Positions 55,649 to 64,000 of a stretch of 64,000 nucleotides of DNA are shown here, piece after piece (the first letter of the stretch is position 1; each line of letters starts with the position of its first letter). Location of the stretch: contig JBAXXP010000002.1 in the NCBI GenBank assembly GCA_037127815.1, positions 41,490-105,489 on the forward strand. The letters run 5' to 3'. Under the pieces are notes generated by a model. It ran no database searches and was not told the origin of the DNA. It saw only the letters and a list, made by a program, of their open reading frames with translations. The position numbers were made by a program, and so were the translations under genes. This stretch comes from a bacterium (GTDB lineage Bacteria; Patescibacteriota; Minisyncoccia; Phycocordibacterales; CAIZLB01).

Positions 55649-56128
55649 CTAACGAGTCTGTCGACCCCCTGAAATTGAAAAATGTTTTGAAATAATATCA
55701 CAGTTCTTTGGCTCATGTTTGTCGCCAAGAAATTGTTCAATCTCCAACATGTGACTGATGAATATAAAGAATGCGGTAGGTGCTGGTGTAATTAACGTAG
55801 TCACATTATTATTATTCAAACTATGCTTACTACAATCCAGCCAATCAACTTCTTCAAGCTCCTTAGGTCTGACCCTAAGTAAATTAAATAATGAATCATA
55901 GACAACTCCAGCCGTCATCAAAGCCCTTGGGGTTGGCGAATGAAAAATCCTAATGTCATTCTTGTGCGGTTTGATCAGATTACCAAGGACCTGAACGTTC
56001 CTTTGGCAGATCTCCACAGAATTCCACTTAAGCCTAGCGCCGTCCGCTGTGACGTATTGAGCAGCATGGCGCATAACAGCGTATCTGGAATTCAAAAAAC
56101 GATTCACGTAACTCTTACTACTTCTCAT
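55649..56128 (-). CDS. SixA-like histidine phosphatase (phosphohistidine phosphatase family), paralog 1
   Basis: AVMRHA (RH[GA] catalytic motif), HSPTPRALMTAGVV (SPxxRAxxTA) and FIFISHMLEIEQF (catalytic His), matching the SixA pattern IMRHGDA / SPFLRAEQT / VISHLPLV. Confidence 0.45.
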   Translation of the reverse strand: MRSSKSYVNRFLNSRYAVMRHAAQYVTADGARLKWNSVEICQRNVQVLGNLIKPHKNDIRIFHSPTPRALMTAGVVYDSLFNLLRVRPKELEEVDWLDCSKHSLNNNNVTTLITPAPTAFFIFISHMLEIEQFLGDKHEPKNCDIISKHFSISGGRQTR

Positions 56129-56235
56129 GTTTTATTGGGGTTGGGGTTCTATTCTCTTTCTTGAAATGAGCGGCTTTTCTATCAAAGCTCTGGCCAAACA
56201 CTACCATAGATTTTTAACCTTGTAAATATAAGAAA

Positions 56236-56262
56236 AGGGTCAGGCTATGAAAGCCTAACCCT
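56236..56262. repeat. Degenerate REP-like palindrome between the two SixA-like genes
   Basis: AGGGTCAGGCTATGAAAGCCTAACCCT. Confidence 0.5.
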
Positions 56263-56291
56263 TTTTAAAACTGCATGGTGTGCAAGGCAAT

Positions 56292-56831
56292 TTAAAAATC
56301 AGTCAGCAATCTGCCATTCACGATGACATGTTGTCTTGTGATAATCGAACAACTGCACGGCTCCCAAGCAGCAGAACCGATAAAATTGCACATATTTGGC
56401 ATATGAGTAATAAAGAATGAAAAATGAAGATCTCCCTCTGAACAAACTGTGTTCATATTTGCATTAATACTCCCCTCTTTTCCGTCTTCGCAACCCAACC
56501 ATTGAACTGGCTGAATATTAGAAACGGGAATGTTATGACAAGCAAACTCAGACCTAACCATCTGGGCGGTGAGCTCAGCCCGCCTCAACGGAGAGTAAAA
56601 AATACTGACCACAACATTGGGATTATCGGTGAAGTCCTCAAGTTCATGAGTTACAAGAACCTGAATATTTCTTCTGCCGATTTTGACTGAATTACGGCAA
56701 AGCTCAATTCCACTTTGTCCTTCAAAATAATGTGCATGCCGCATCACAGCATAACCATCACGTGTAAACCTACCACTGTAACTGTTCATATTATTGAATA
56801 TTTGAATTGTTTTGATAGAACGAGTAGACAA
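56292..56831 (-). CDS. SixA-like histidine phosphatase, paralog 2 (TTG start)
   Basis: YAVMRHAHYF, YSPLRRAELTAQMV, FFITHMPNMCNF. Confidence 0.45.
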   Translation of the reverse strand: MSTRSIKTIQIFNNMNSYSGRFTRDGYAVMRHAHYFEGQSGIELCRNSVKIGRRNIQVLVTHELEDFTDNPNVVVSIFYSPLRRAELTAQMVRSEFACHNIPVSNIQPVQWLGCEDGKEGSINANMNTVCSEGDLHFSFFITHMPNMCNFIGSAAWEPCSCSIITRQHVIVNGRLLTDF

Positions 56832-56888
56832 GAGCGCCTACTTCCGATTGTAATATTACATCTATTTTATTCTTTGTACAGTCAATTT

Positions 56889-56935
56889 GGGGTCAGGCGA
56901 TTCTGGTCGCAGACCTGAATCGTGTGCCTGACCCC
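56889..56935. repeat. Long REP variant C (extended-stem palindrome)
   Basis: GGGGTCAGGCGATTC-TGGTCGCAGACC-TGAATCGTGTGCCTGACCCC. Confidence 0.75.
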
Positions 56936-56940
56936 AAATA

Positions 56941-58458
56941 TTAGAAAGCTAGATGATCCTCATCCCCCATGAATATGGTTCCACTATCATCCGACATTCT
57001 TTTCATGAAGTTTGTAATTCTTTCATCAATCATAATATGACGTCTAACTAATGGAGTTTTTAGAATCATTCCATCTAAACTTCTACACCTACTTAAAGCA
57101 ACATAAGCTTGTCCATGGGTAAATGTTCCTCTACCAAAGTCTACAACAACATTACTATAAGTTTTTCCCTGTCCTTTGTGAATTGTAATTGCCCAAGCGA
57201 GTCTAATTGGAAACTGAGTAAATGTTCCAACTACGTCGGTGTCTACTGAGTCAAAATCTTTATCATAAGAAAATTTCACCATTTCCCAAGTGTACTTTGG
57301 TACCAAATAATTTTCACCGTTTTCTAATCGAACAAAAATTTCCTGCTTGTTTTCATTTATACTTGTTATGGTTCCAAGGTCACCATTTACCCATCTTGCT
57401 TCCTTGTCATTATTCAACATCATAATCCTTGCGCCTTCTTTTAATGCAAGACATTCATTGGTTGGAAAATTTCTTTCAAATGATCCAGATTTTTTACCCT
57501 TAAATATTATTTTATTTGTTTCGAGTTCATTCAGCTTCCCAAGATTAAGTGCATCAGCCATCGCATTTGTTGTGACAAGAAAAATATAATCACTATATTG
57601 CATTGGGTCAATATTATCCTCCATTGGATTTAGATATCTCTTATTTAAAAGTGTTAAATGTGAATCTTTAAGATTTCCAGACCTCACACCTTCTAGTATA
57701 TCTATGAATTTATCATCGTCCTGTCTGTAGATTTTACTTAGCTCTATAAGTTCAAAATCTGCTTTCAGAAATACTTTTGAATCAAAAAAGTATGGACTCT
57801 TATAGTACGATGAAAACATTTCTTCCTCATAGCTAGTTACAACTGGTGGAAGCTGAAACATATCCCCTACTACAATTATTTGAGTACCGCCAAATGGAGT
57901 ATTTTTATCTTTTCCATTTAATCGCATAAACGTGTCTACACAATCAAAAAGATCAGCGCGAACCATAGAAATTTCATCAATAATTATTGTATCTATGTTT
58001 TTATAAATCGCAGTGCTTCCTGTTGCTTTCTTTATGGACATAGGACTTACATTTATTCCAAATTTAAAGAACGAGTGAATAGTTTGTCCACTAATGTTTA
58101 CTGCGGAAACCCCAGTTGGTGCGAGTATGACAATTTTCTTTTTTGTTGTAGCTTTGAAATACCTAACAAGAGTTGTTTTTCCAGTTCCCGCTTTTCCAGT
58201 AAGAAAAATATTTGTTGAAGTACTTTCCATTTTGTTAAGTGCAACGAGCGTCTCATCATTCAATTCCATATTTGCAAATTCTTTGGAAAGTTTTTCCGCT
58301 AGAGCTTTATCTCCAGATCCTGGATTTTGTTTTTCCGATTTTTCAGCTGCAACTTTTGCAAGGGTTTTTTTAAAAATTTCTGTCTTAGATGGGCCAGTTT
58401 TGCTGGCTTTGGATTTCTTGTTGAATTTGGAATATGAAGAGAATGTGGAAAATGGCAT
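56941..58458 (-). CDS. Pif1/RecD-like SF1B DNA helicase
   Basis: Walker A LTGKAGTGKTTL, Walker B IIIDEISMV, GDMFQLPPV and motif V AITIHKGQGKTY. The start is set at MPFSTF because the upstream 21 codons of the track ORF are just the GC terminator hairpin at 58482-58505. A TATAAT sits 7 nt before the ATG (leaderless-like). Confidence 0.75.
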   Translation of the reverse strand: MPFSTFSSYSKFNKKSKASKTGPSKTEIFKKTLAKVAAEKSEKQNPGSGDKALAEKLSKEFANMELNDETLVALNKMESTSTNIFLTGKAGTGKTTLVRYFKATTKKKIVILAPTGVSAVNISGQTIHSFFKFGINVSPMSIKKATGSTAIYKNIDTIIIDEISMVRADLFDCVDTFMRLNGKDKNTPFGGTQIIVVGDMFQLPPVVTSYEEEMFSSYYKSPYFFDSKVFLKADFELIELSKIYRQDDDKFIDILEGVRSGNLKDSHLTLLNKRYLNPMEDNIDPMQYSDYIFLVTTNAMADALNLGKLNELETNKIIFKGKKSGSFERNFPTNECLALKEGARIMMLNNDKEARWVNGDLGTITSINENKQEIFVRLENGENYLVPKYTWEMVKFSYDKDFDSVDTDVVGTFTQFPIRLAWAITIHKGQGKTYSNVVVDFGRGTFTHGQAYVALSRCRSLDGMILKTPLVRRHIMIDERITNFMKRMSDDSGTIFMGDEDHLAF

Positions 58459-58481
58459 GGGTTTGATTATATCATAAAAAT

Positions 58482-58505
58482 GGCGCGGGGCTTTCGCCCC
58501 GCGCC
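58482..58505 (-). terminator. GC-clamp terminator for gene 58548..58880
   Basis: GGCGCGGGGC-tttc-GCCCCGCGCC, followed on the minus strand by TTTTTAT. Confidence 0.6.
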
Positions 58506-58547
58506 ATGCTGAATGCCACAAAATGTGAACACTCAGACTTGCCTAAC

Positions 58548-58880
58548 CTAGAAACTGACATACCAAATACCGTCGGTATGGAGATATGCATCACCATCTT
58601 GACCAACAGAATCAGGTCTGACAATTCTGGTGATTTTTGACTTTGGCAGAAGTGATGCCCTGTAAAGTGAGACTCCAGCAACGCAGTGAATCGCAAGGAC
58701 TACCCAAAGGTCATCCTCGTCTTTTCCAGCGGAACTTTGTCCCCCTCCAGGATCTTCATATCTTCCAACGATCAAAGAATAATTACCGGCCTGAAAAGAA
58801 CCAACTTTGTCCGCAACTAGAGCTGATGCACCAGTTGGGCTCTTGTCACTCAAGAATGTCATTGCCTGTTGTCTGTTCAT
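58548..58880 (-). CDS. Hypothetical protein (110 aa)
   Basis: ORF with ~50% GC and no recognisable motif. Confidence 0.35.
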   Translation of the reverse strand: MNRQQAMTFLSDKSPTGASALVADKVGSFQAGNYSLIVGRYEDPGGGQSSAGKDEDDLWVVLAIHCVAGVSLYRASLLPKSKITRIVRPDSVGQDGDAYLHTDGIWYVSF

Positions 58881-58946
58881 TTTGTTTGTTCTACTTTTTG
58901 GTTGATGCTGTTTAGAAACAAAATTTATTATACTGAATCAAGTATT

Positions 58947-59270
58947 TTAACCCTCGACACAGATAACTCCACTACGATCTCGACTACAGTAATACGCCTT
59001 GTAAGGAACAGTACCATTTGGAGATGTACGAAACACCCGACCTTCAATATTCCAATGTTCACCTGACCCATCTTCACGGGTCATTCCATCAATAGTGGCA
59101 TAAAAAGATGCTTTGCCAGGCCGAGTGTCGGTGGTGGTGAAATACACGGCCGTCTCTTGACTCATGTTTCCCCCAAAAGAGCCAGCGTGAGGTCTGTGAA
59201 GAGAATCCCACATCTGCCCCGCACTTGGGCCACCTGTAACATTTAATCCAATATTTTTTTCTTGTGCCAT
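58947..59270 (-). CDS. Hypothetical protein (107 aa)
   Basis: ORF with ~50% GC, Gly/Thr-rich, no motif. Confidence 0.35.
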   Translation of the reverse strand: MAQEKNIGLNVTGGPSAGQMWDSLHRPHAGSFGGNMSQETAVYFTTTDTRPGKASFYATIDGMTREDGSGEHWNIEGRVFRTSPNGTVPYKAYYCSRDRSGVICVEG

Positions 59271-59511
59271 AACGGCTGTTTTCTATTTGTACAAAGGGTT
59301 AGATATGGAACCCTAACAACCATCTTATTCCCCACCATACGGCGTCAGGAACGGCTTATCCATAACGAATAAGAACTCGCTTACTATATTGACTAAAATG
59401 GATGGTGTCAATAAATATGAAAATAAAAAAAAATGCCCCGCCGACTCCCTAAGGAGCGGCGGGGCGGACAACAAGCTAGCCTGAGCCAACAAAATTGTCC
59501 ATCAAATCAAG

Positions 59512-60627
59512 TCAAACTATCAAATGCCTGAGCAAGACAGGTTCCTTTCCGCGTCCGCCCCCACCCAACAATGAAGCATTAGCCTTCACTTTGGATCCCG
59601 GATTGGTTTTTTCTACAGGTTTTCCTTCAGGTAACACCTTTAGACATTTTGGTGCCCTTACAGCAAACTGAACCTTGCGTGGCTCAGTATGGACAAACCT
59701 GCTTAGTGCAACGTCATTCTTCTCAACTTCGTTAGAATCTCCGCCTGTCACAGTATCAGTTCCCTGTTCCTGCGTAGGTGTTACAACATCATCCTTGGGC
59801 TTTTCAGCCTTTTGGACAAAATCGCAAATATTCTTTCCGAAGAAAACATACAAGGCCTTTTGAGCCAACTGTTGAACTTGAGGACACGACATAAGGGAGA
59901 GCGTATCGATGAGTACAGCTTTTTCAAGAATATGATTCTGCTTTGTAGCACTGACAGCTGTAGCTAAATCCAGCACATTTTGCGAGGTCATATTCCGAAA
60001 ATCGTTTTGATACCTAAGAATTGCATCCTTCTGTCCGATTTGCCAATCCTTCTTGGGGATTTCTTGGAATCGAACCACTTCACGACACTCTAATCCAAAG
60101 GCTTCGAGATGCTCCGCTTCAAGCTGCATTTCTCTTTCAAAACGAATCCGGCGATACTCCTTCGTGTTATCATTTTCACCATCGACGGTTGCAAACAACT
60201 CCTTCTCATGCCAGCGAGATAACCCATTGGGTCCATCACTCCTTGCACATATTAGTTTGATAACTTTGAAGTCACCTTGCACAATCACATCAATACCTTC
60301 ACCCAGAAGATGAACACCATCAATATCAATGCGCCTAGACTCCAAGGTATGAGCCCATTCAGGTGCATTGCCAGGAAGCCCTTTAGCGTGACGCATTTCC
60401 AAAATTTCTTCCGACAGACGACTGCGTCCATGACGGATGCCGTCAATAGGTTCTGTGATGTAAACATCCTTCATAAAATCTTCGTCAAAGGGAATTATTA
60501 TCCAGAAATATCCAAACTCGCCTTCTACGCTATCTGTTGGAATAAATCCTGATTCATAAATGCAATTGCATGATGCCATCAGAATTGACGATGGATTGAT
60601 AAGTCTAACAGTTTTCTTGTTTTTCAT
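59512..60627 (-). CDS. Hypothetical protein (371 aa), first gene of the GC-rich helicase cluster
   Basis: Long GC-richer ORF with no recognisable domain and a Gly/Lys-rich C-terminus. Confidence 0.4.
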   Translation of the reverse strand: MKNKKTVRLINPSSILMASCNCIYESGFIPTDSVEGEFGYFWIIIPFDEDFMKDVYITEPIDGIRHGRSRLSEEILEMRHAKGLPGNAPEWAHTLESRRIDIDGVHLLGEGIDVIVQGDFKVIKLICARSDGPNGLSRWHEKELFATVDGENDNTKEYRRIRFEREMQLEAEHLEAFGLECREVVRFQEIPKKDWQIGQKDAILRYQNDFRNMTSQNVLDLATAVSATKQNHILEKAVLIDTLSLMSCPQVQQLAQKALYVFFGKNICDFVQKAEKPKDDVVTPTQEQGTDTVTGGDSNEVEKNDVALSRFVHTEPRKVQFAVRAPKCLKVLPEGKPVEKTNPGSKVKANASLLGGGGRGKEPVLLRHLIV

Positions 60628-61029
60628 ACTAACTTGGTGTGCACTTTTTCGGAGTACAACTAAACCGTCTGTTTAAATAACGAGTACCCCATTTTAGTTG
60701 GTACGAACGTTCAGTTTCCTAAAAAGGAAGCCAACAGACTGACTTACTGCACTCATTCGAGCACAGCTTTCTAGATATTTTCATTCACCACCTAACACTT
60801 GAGTATTCTGCCAAGTTAAAAATATACAGGAAGCTGTGCTCGTACAACACTTTTTTCAAAAAACTTTCAATACAAATTATAGCAGTAAATCCCTTTTTGT
60901 CAATGGTTACCCAGTACCCTTTGTTGACAAAAACGCTCCTTTGTATTAATTTCATTACTGGTATGTATATTGACCACACGGGCCAATCTGTTCCTTACCA
61001 ATCAAACTACATCAAGCAAATATAGCATT

Positions 61030-61635
61030 ATGAAAGCATTCGGTATCGTATTCGCTACACTAACAGCAATCGTCCTTGTGATTCTTGGTATCACAGGCAT
61101 CTATTTCATTACAACCTACAACGGTCTAGTGGCAAAACAGGAGGCACTCAGTAAAAGCTGGGGACAAGTGGAGGTGGTGTGTCAGCGAAGAGCTGATCTC
61201 ATCCCCAATCTCGTTGCTACAGTCAAGGGTTACGCAGCGCATGAAAAGGGCGTCTTTGAAAATGTTGCTGAAGCCCGTGCAAAAGCGGGTTCAATCAGAT
61301 TGGACGCCGGTGAAATGGCCAACAATCCTGAGCAGCTTCAGAAATTCTTAGCCGCTCAAAAAGAGCTCTCTGGAGCACTGACAAAACTGCTCGCAGTGAG
61401 TGAAAACTATCCGACTCTCAAGGCGGATCAAGGTTTCCTTACACTGCAGGGGCAGATCGAAGGTTCCGAGAATCGCATTGCGGTTGAACGTGGAAATGCG
61501 CAGAAAGCAACCAATGAATACAATGTACTCGTCAAAGGGTTCTTCTCTTCAATGGTTGCCGGAAGCAAATTCCAGCCAGTCAAATATTTTGAAGCTGATG
61601 CTGGTGCCAAGGTGGCACCCAAGGTCAACTTCTGA
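61030..61635 (+). CDS. lemA: LemA family membrane protein
   Basis: N-terminal TM, then YNGLVAKQEALSKSWGQVEVVCQRRADLIPNLVATVKGYAAHE, the LemA signature. Confidence 0.8.
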   Translation: MKAFGIVFATLTAIVLVILGITGIYFITTYNGLVAKQEALSKSWGQVEVVCQRRADLIPNLVATVKGYAAHEKGVFENVAEARAKAGSIRLDAGEMANNPEQLQKFLAAQKELSGALTKLLAVSENYPTLKADQGFLTLQGQIEGSENRIAVERGNAQKATNEYNVLVKGFFSSMVAGSKFQPVKYFEADAGAKVAPKVNF

Positions 61636-61700
61636 TACCAACTCGGAAGCAAGCAGAATTCTAAATCGAAAATAAAAATTCAAAATAGAAAGGTTAGCTG

Positions 61701-62552
61701 ATGAAAATAATTTATAAGATTTTTCTAACCCTGTTATTCTCCACTTTTGTTAGTCTGGCTGAGGAATACCCCGCGCTAGTCTCTCACGTGAATGATTACA
61801 GCGGTGTACTGAAGCCGGAGGAAAAAGAAAAGCTGGAAGCAAAGCTTGTAGCTTTTGAAAAAGAAACCGGCAATCAGATCGTCATACTCACTGTCAAAAG
61901 TTTGAATGGCGACACAAAGGAAGGCTATGCAAATAAAGTCTTCAAGTTTTGGAAGCTTGGCGAAAAAAATCGCAATAACGGAGTTCTACTCCTGAATGCG
62001 ACCGATGAAAAGAAAGCGCGTATTGAAGTCGGCTACGGTCTCGAAGGAGCCCTACCTGATGCAACATGCCTGAGTATTTTCAGAAACGATATGTCTCCAA
62101 ACTTGAAGAAGCAGGACTTCTTTACAGCCTATGATTTAGCAACAACAAACATCATTAGTGCCACCAAGGGTGAATATAAATCTGACATTGAGTCAGCCGA
62201 GGATTCTAAAAAAGGTGGAATGCTTATGACATGTGTATTCTTTGCGGTCATTTTGTTTTTGATTACAGCTTTTCTCGGAGAATTCCATTGGTTACTTGGT
62301 GGAATTGTTGGAGCTCTTGGAGCTGTTTTGATCGCATACTTTTTAGGTACGTGGATTGTAGCACTTGGTATCATTGGATTTCTAGCAGGATCTGCATCAA
62401 ATGCAATTCTAACAGGAATGTCCAATGGTTCGTCTGGTGGATACTACGGTGGAGGCGGAGGTTCCAGCTTTGGAGACTCAAGTGGTAGTGATTCATCCTT
62501 CAGTGGTGGAGGAGGAGACTCCGGTGGTGGAGGTGGTGGTGGAGACTATTAA
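61701..62552 (+). CDS. TPM-domain (TLP18.3/YgcG-like) phosphatase-fold protein with C-terminal TM and Gly-rich tail
   Basis: Signal peptide, TPM domain (LVSHVNDYSGVLKPEEKEKLEAKL...NQIVILTVKSL...NGVLLLNATDEKKARIEVGYGLEG), TM helices, and a GGGGSS/GGGDSGGGGGGG tail. LemA-TPM is a classic gene pair. Confidence 0.75.
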   Translation: MKIIYKIFLTLLFSTFVSLAEEYPALVSHVNDYSGVLKPEEKEKLEAKLVAFEKETGNQIVILTVKSLNGDTKEGYANKVFKFWKLGEKNRNNGVLLLNATDEKKARIEVGYGLEGALPDATCLSIFRNDMSPNLKKQDFFTAYDLATTNIISATKGEYKSDIESAEDSKKGGMLMTCVFFAVILFLITAFLGEFHWLLGGIVGALGAVLIAYFLGTWIVALGIIGFLAGSASNAILTGMSNGSSGGYYGGGGGSSFGDSSGSDSSFSGGGGDSGGGGGGGDY

Positions 62553-62739
62553 TCCCCTTCTTTCTCATCATGTACAATGTGACAAACGTCCCCGGCAGCG
62601 CGAGCTGCCGGGGATTTTACTATTGAACATTTAGGCTAGACACCACATTATGCTACTACAAAAAAACCACCTCTCAGGACAATGCCTGAGTCAGGTGGTC
62701 TATCTTCAGTTATGCGTTACTGAAACCGGACATTAAGTC

Positions 62740-63207
62740 TTAGCCGTAAGGCTGATGATTACCAACCCTGATGCAAATGAGTACGTAGTCATCCTCAGGC
62801 ATCGCTGTGCGTTCCTCAAAAAAGAAAAATCGGATTAGACGTTCATCTTCCTTATCTTCAAATTGGTTATGAGCAAAACCGTAGGAATGGAATACAAACC
62901 ACTTGTCTTCATCCTCATCATTGCAAATGAGCTTTCTTTTCTCACCTCGCTCACGCAGCAAGCCAACGATAAGACCTGCTTCAACCCGAGATGCCAGGCG
63001 ATAACCTGAATCCCTAAGAGTTTCCACGATTTCATCATGAGTGATTGGAATTTCTTCCAAGCCGAGCGCCTCGAATGGATCTACAACAACCTTTGAATCC
63101 CCTTCTTGTTCCTTGTCAGTGACGTAAAGAAGATTAATTACCTCAACCTTCCTGCCCAAACGTGATGCAATCATCATGTTAAATCTGCCATCTTTAACCA
63201 GTTTCAT
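62740..63207 (-). CDS. Hypothetical acidic protein
   Basis: 155-aa ORF, no motif. Confidence 0.3.
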   Translation of the reverse strand: MKLVKDGRFNMMIASRLGRKVEVINLLYVTDKEQEGDSKVVVDPFEALGLEEIPITHDEIVETLRDSGYRLASRVEAGLIVGLLRERGEKRKLICNDEDEDKWFVFHSYGFAHNQFEDKEDERLIRFFFFEERTAMPEDDYVLICIRVGNHQPYG

Positions 63208-63668
63208 GTCTATGTGTTTTCTATTGTTTAGCTATAATTTCACTTCGCTCACCGGAGCGAATTTTGTTCTTAACCATTTTTAGACTAACACACAATATAT
63301 CCTTGGTCAAATTATCTAAGTATGAAATATGATCCAACAGCGCAGGCAATGACGAAGAATATCATTATTATGTCAGCTCCAGATCTATTCTTTACTATAC
63401 CTTTATTTATTAGAAAGTTTGCTAAAGCTGAATCTGTTTGTCCTTGATTGTTGTTTGGATACATTTAATTTTGATTAAAATTACTATGTATCTATTATAT
63501 CACAATTAATTTTGTCGAATAGATAGAAATCAAGGACACTAATTAATAGAAACATTACCGAAGAGTAGTACTTGTATGTATATTACCTACAGCTATTGAC
63601 AGTATTATAATATTGTGTGAATATATCACTGGATTGAATTTTTTCCTTGTTCTCCACAACAATACTCA

Positions 63669-64000
63669 ATGGCTAATTCAAAGCCAGAACAAGGTTCTCA
63701 TCACCTAGAAAATATGATAATTAGAACACTGAAACCCGGAACTGTTTGTCGTGATAGCGCTACCCAATTGGAAGGGACAATCACCCATTGGCTCTGTGAC
63801 ATGGGCCGTCGAATTGACTACATCTTCCAACCGAAAGGTCTCAATGATGAAGGTGAACCTCTGTCTTACATCAAAATGGAGGTTGAACGTTTGGTAGTCA
63901 CTGACGATATGTTCGAGGAAGTCGATGTGCCCATCGAAATTCTCGGCACACTGGTCACCGACAAGCCTAGTGGTTTTACCGGCATGGCTGTTGGGTTCAT
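63669..64000 (+). CDS. Hypothetical protein, N-terminal fragment (3' end beyond the window)
   Basis: Open frame from the ATG at 63669 to the window end (110 codons without a stop), GC-richer. Not in the ORF track because it is unterminated. Confidence 0.3.
   Translation, partial: MANSKPEQGSHHLENMIIRTLKPGTVCRDSATQLEGTITHWLCDMGRRIDYIFQPKGLNDEGEPLSYIKMEVERLVVTDDMFEEVDVPIEILGTLVTDKPSGFTGMAVGF

Noticed and set aside
10527-56935. Whether the dispersed palindromes could be a CRISPR array.
   Set aside because: The copies are palindromic and irregularly spaced (hundreds to thousands of bp apart), lie in separate intergenic regions, and have no cas genes nearby. This is the pattern of REP elements, not CRISPR repeats.
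58094-58696. ORFs 58094..58477(+) and 58472..58696(-), plus the N-terminal 21 codons of the track ORF 56941..58521.
   Set aside because: These are antisense to the helicase or translations of the GC-clamp terminator hairpin at 58482-58505. The helicase start was moved to 58458 accordingly.
1-64000. rRNA genes, additional tRNAs, and CIRCE/HrcA operators.
   Set aside because: No 16S/23S/5S-like conserved blocks. Scanning for T-loop GGTTCGA/TCGAACC motifs found only tRNA-His. No TTAGCACTC-N9-GAGTGCTAA element was found upstream of grpE, dnaK or dnaJ.

Overview
The window is AT-rich, gene-dense bacterial DNA (about one-third GC by eye; several leaderless-type starts), consistent with a small-genome, possibly CPR/Patescibacteria-like organism, though lineage cannot be proven from sequence alone. 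The first ~40 kb is mostly core housekeeping: rplM-rpsI, an ABC exporter, grpE/dnaK/dnaJ, proS, hisS with tRNA-His, trpS, aspS behind a T-box leader, scpA/scpB, a cell-wall block (DD-carboxypeptidase, mraY, ftsW, murG, M23 peptidase) interleaved with lysS/gltX, and asnB. It also carries a HEPN-MNT toxin-antitoxin pair, two PlsC paralogs (one fused to a HAD phosphatase), an orphan histidine kinase, a disrupted histidine-phosphatase gene and a ~1.4 kb GC-richer insert. From ~40 kb, and clearly from ~43.5 kb, the region turns accessory. A family of ~28-bp perfect palindromic repeats (consensus GGGGTCAGGCACCNTGGTGCCTGACCCC) appears in at least 13 intergenic copies, 11 of them between 43.5 and 57 kb. 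One of the intergenic gaps holds a HUH/Y1 'REP-associated tyrosine transposase' (RAYT, COG1943-like, HLYQGRYKS motif), so the repeats are most simply read as REP elements of a REPtron. The same region carries a KilA-N protein, a CdaA-CdaR fusion (c-di-AMP synthase plus regulator), a 1190-aa surface protein, two tandem SixA-like histidine phosphatases and a GC-richer four-gene block headed by a Pif1/RecD-like helicase. It also holds LemA-TPM and several unknown ORFs, and is closed off by GC-clamp palindromic terminators. No rRNA and no CRISPR array were seen.
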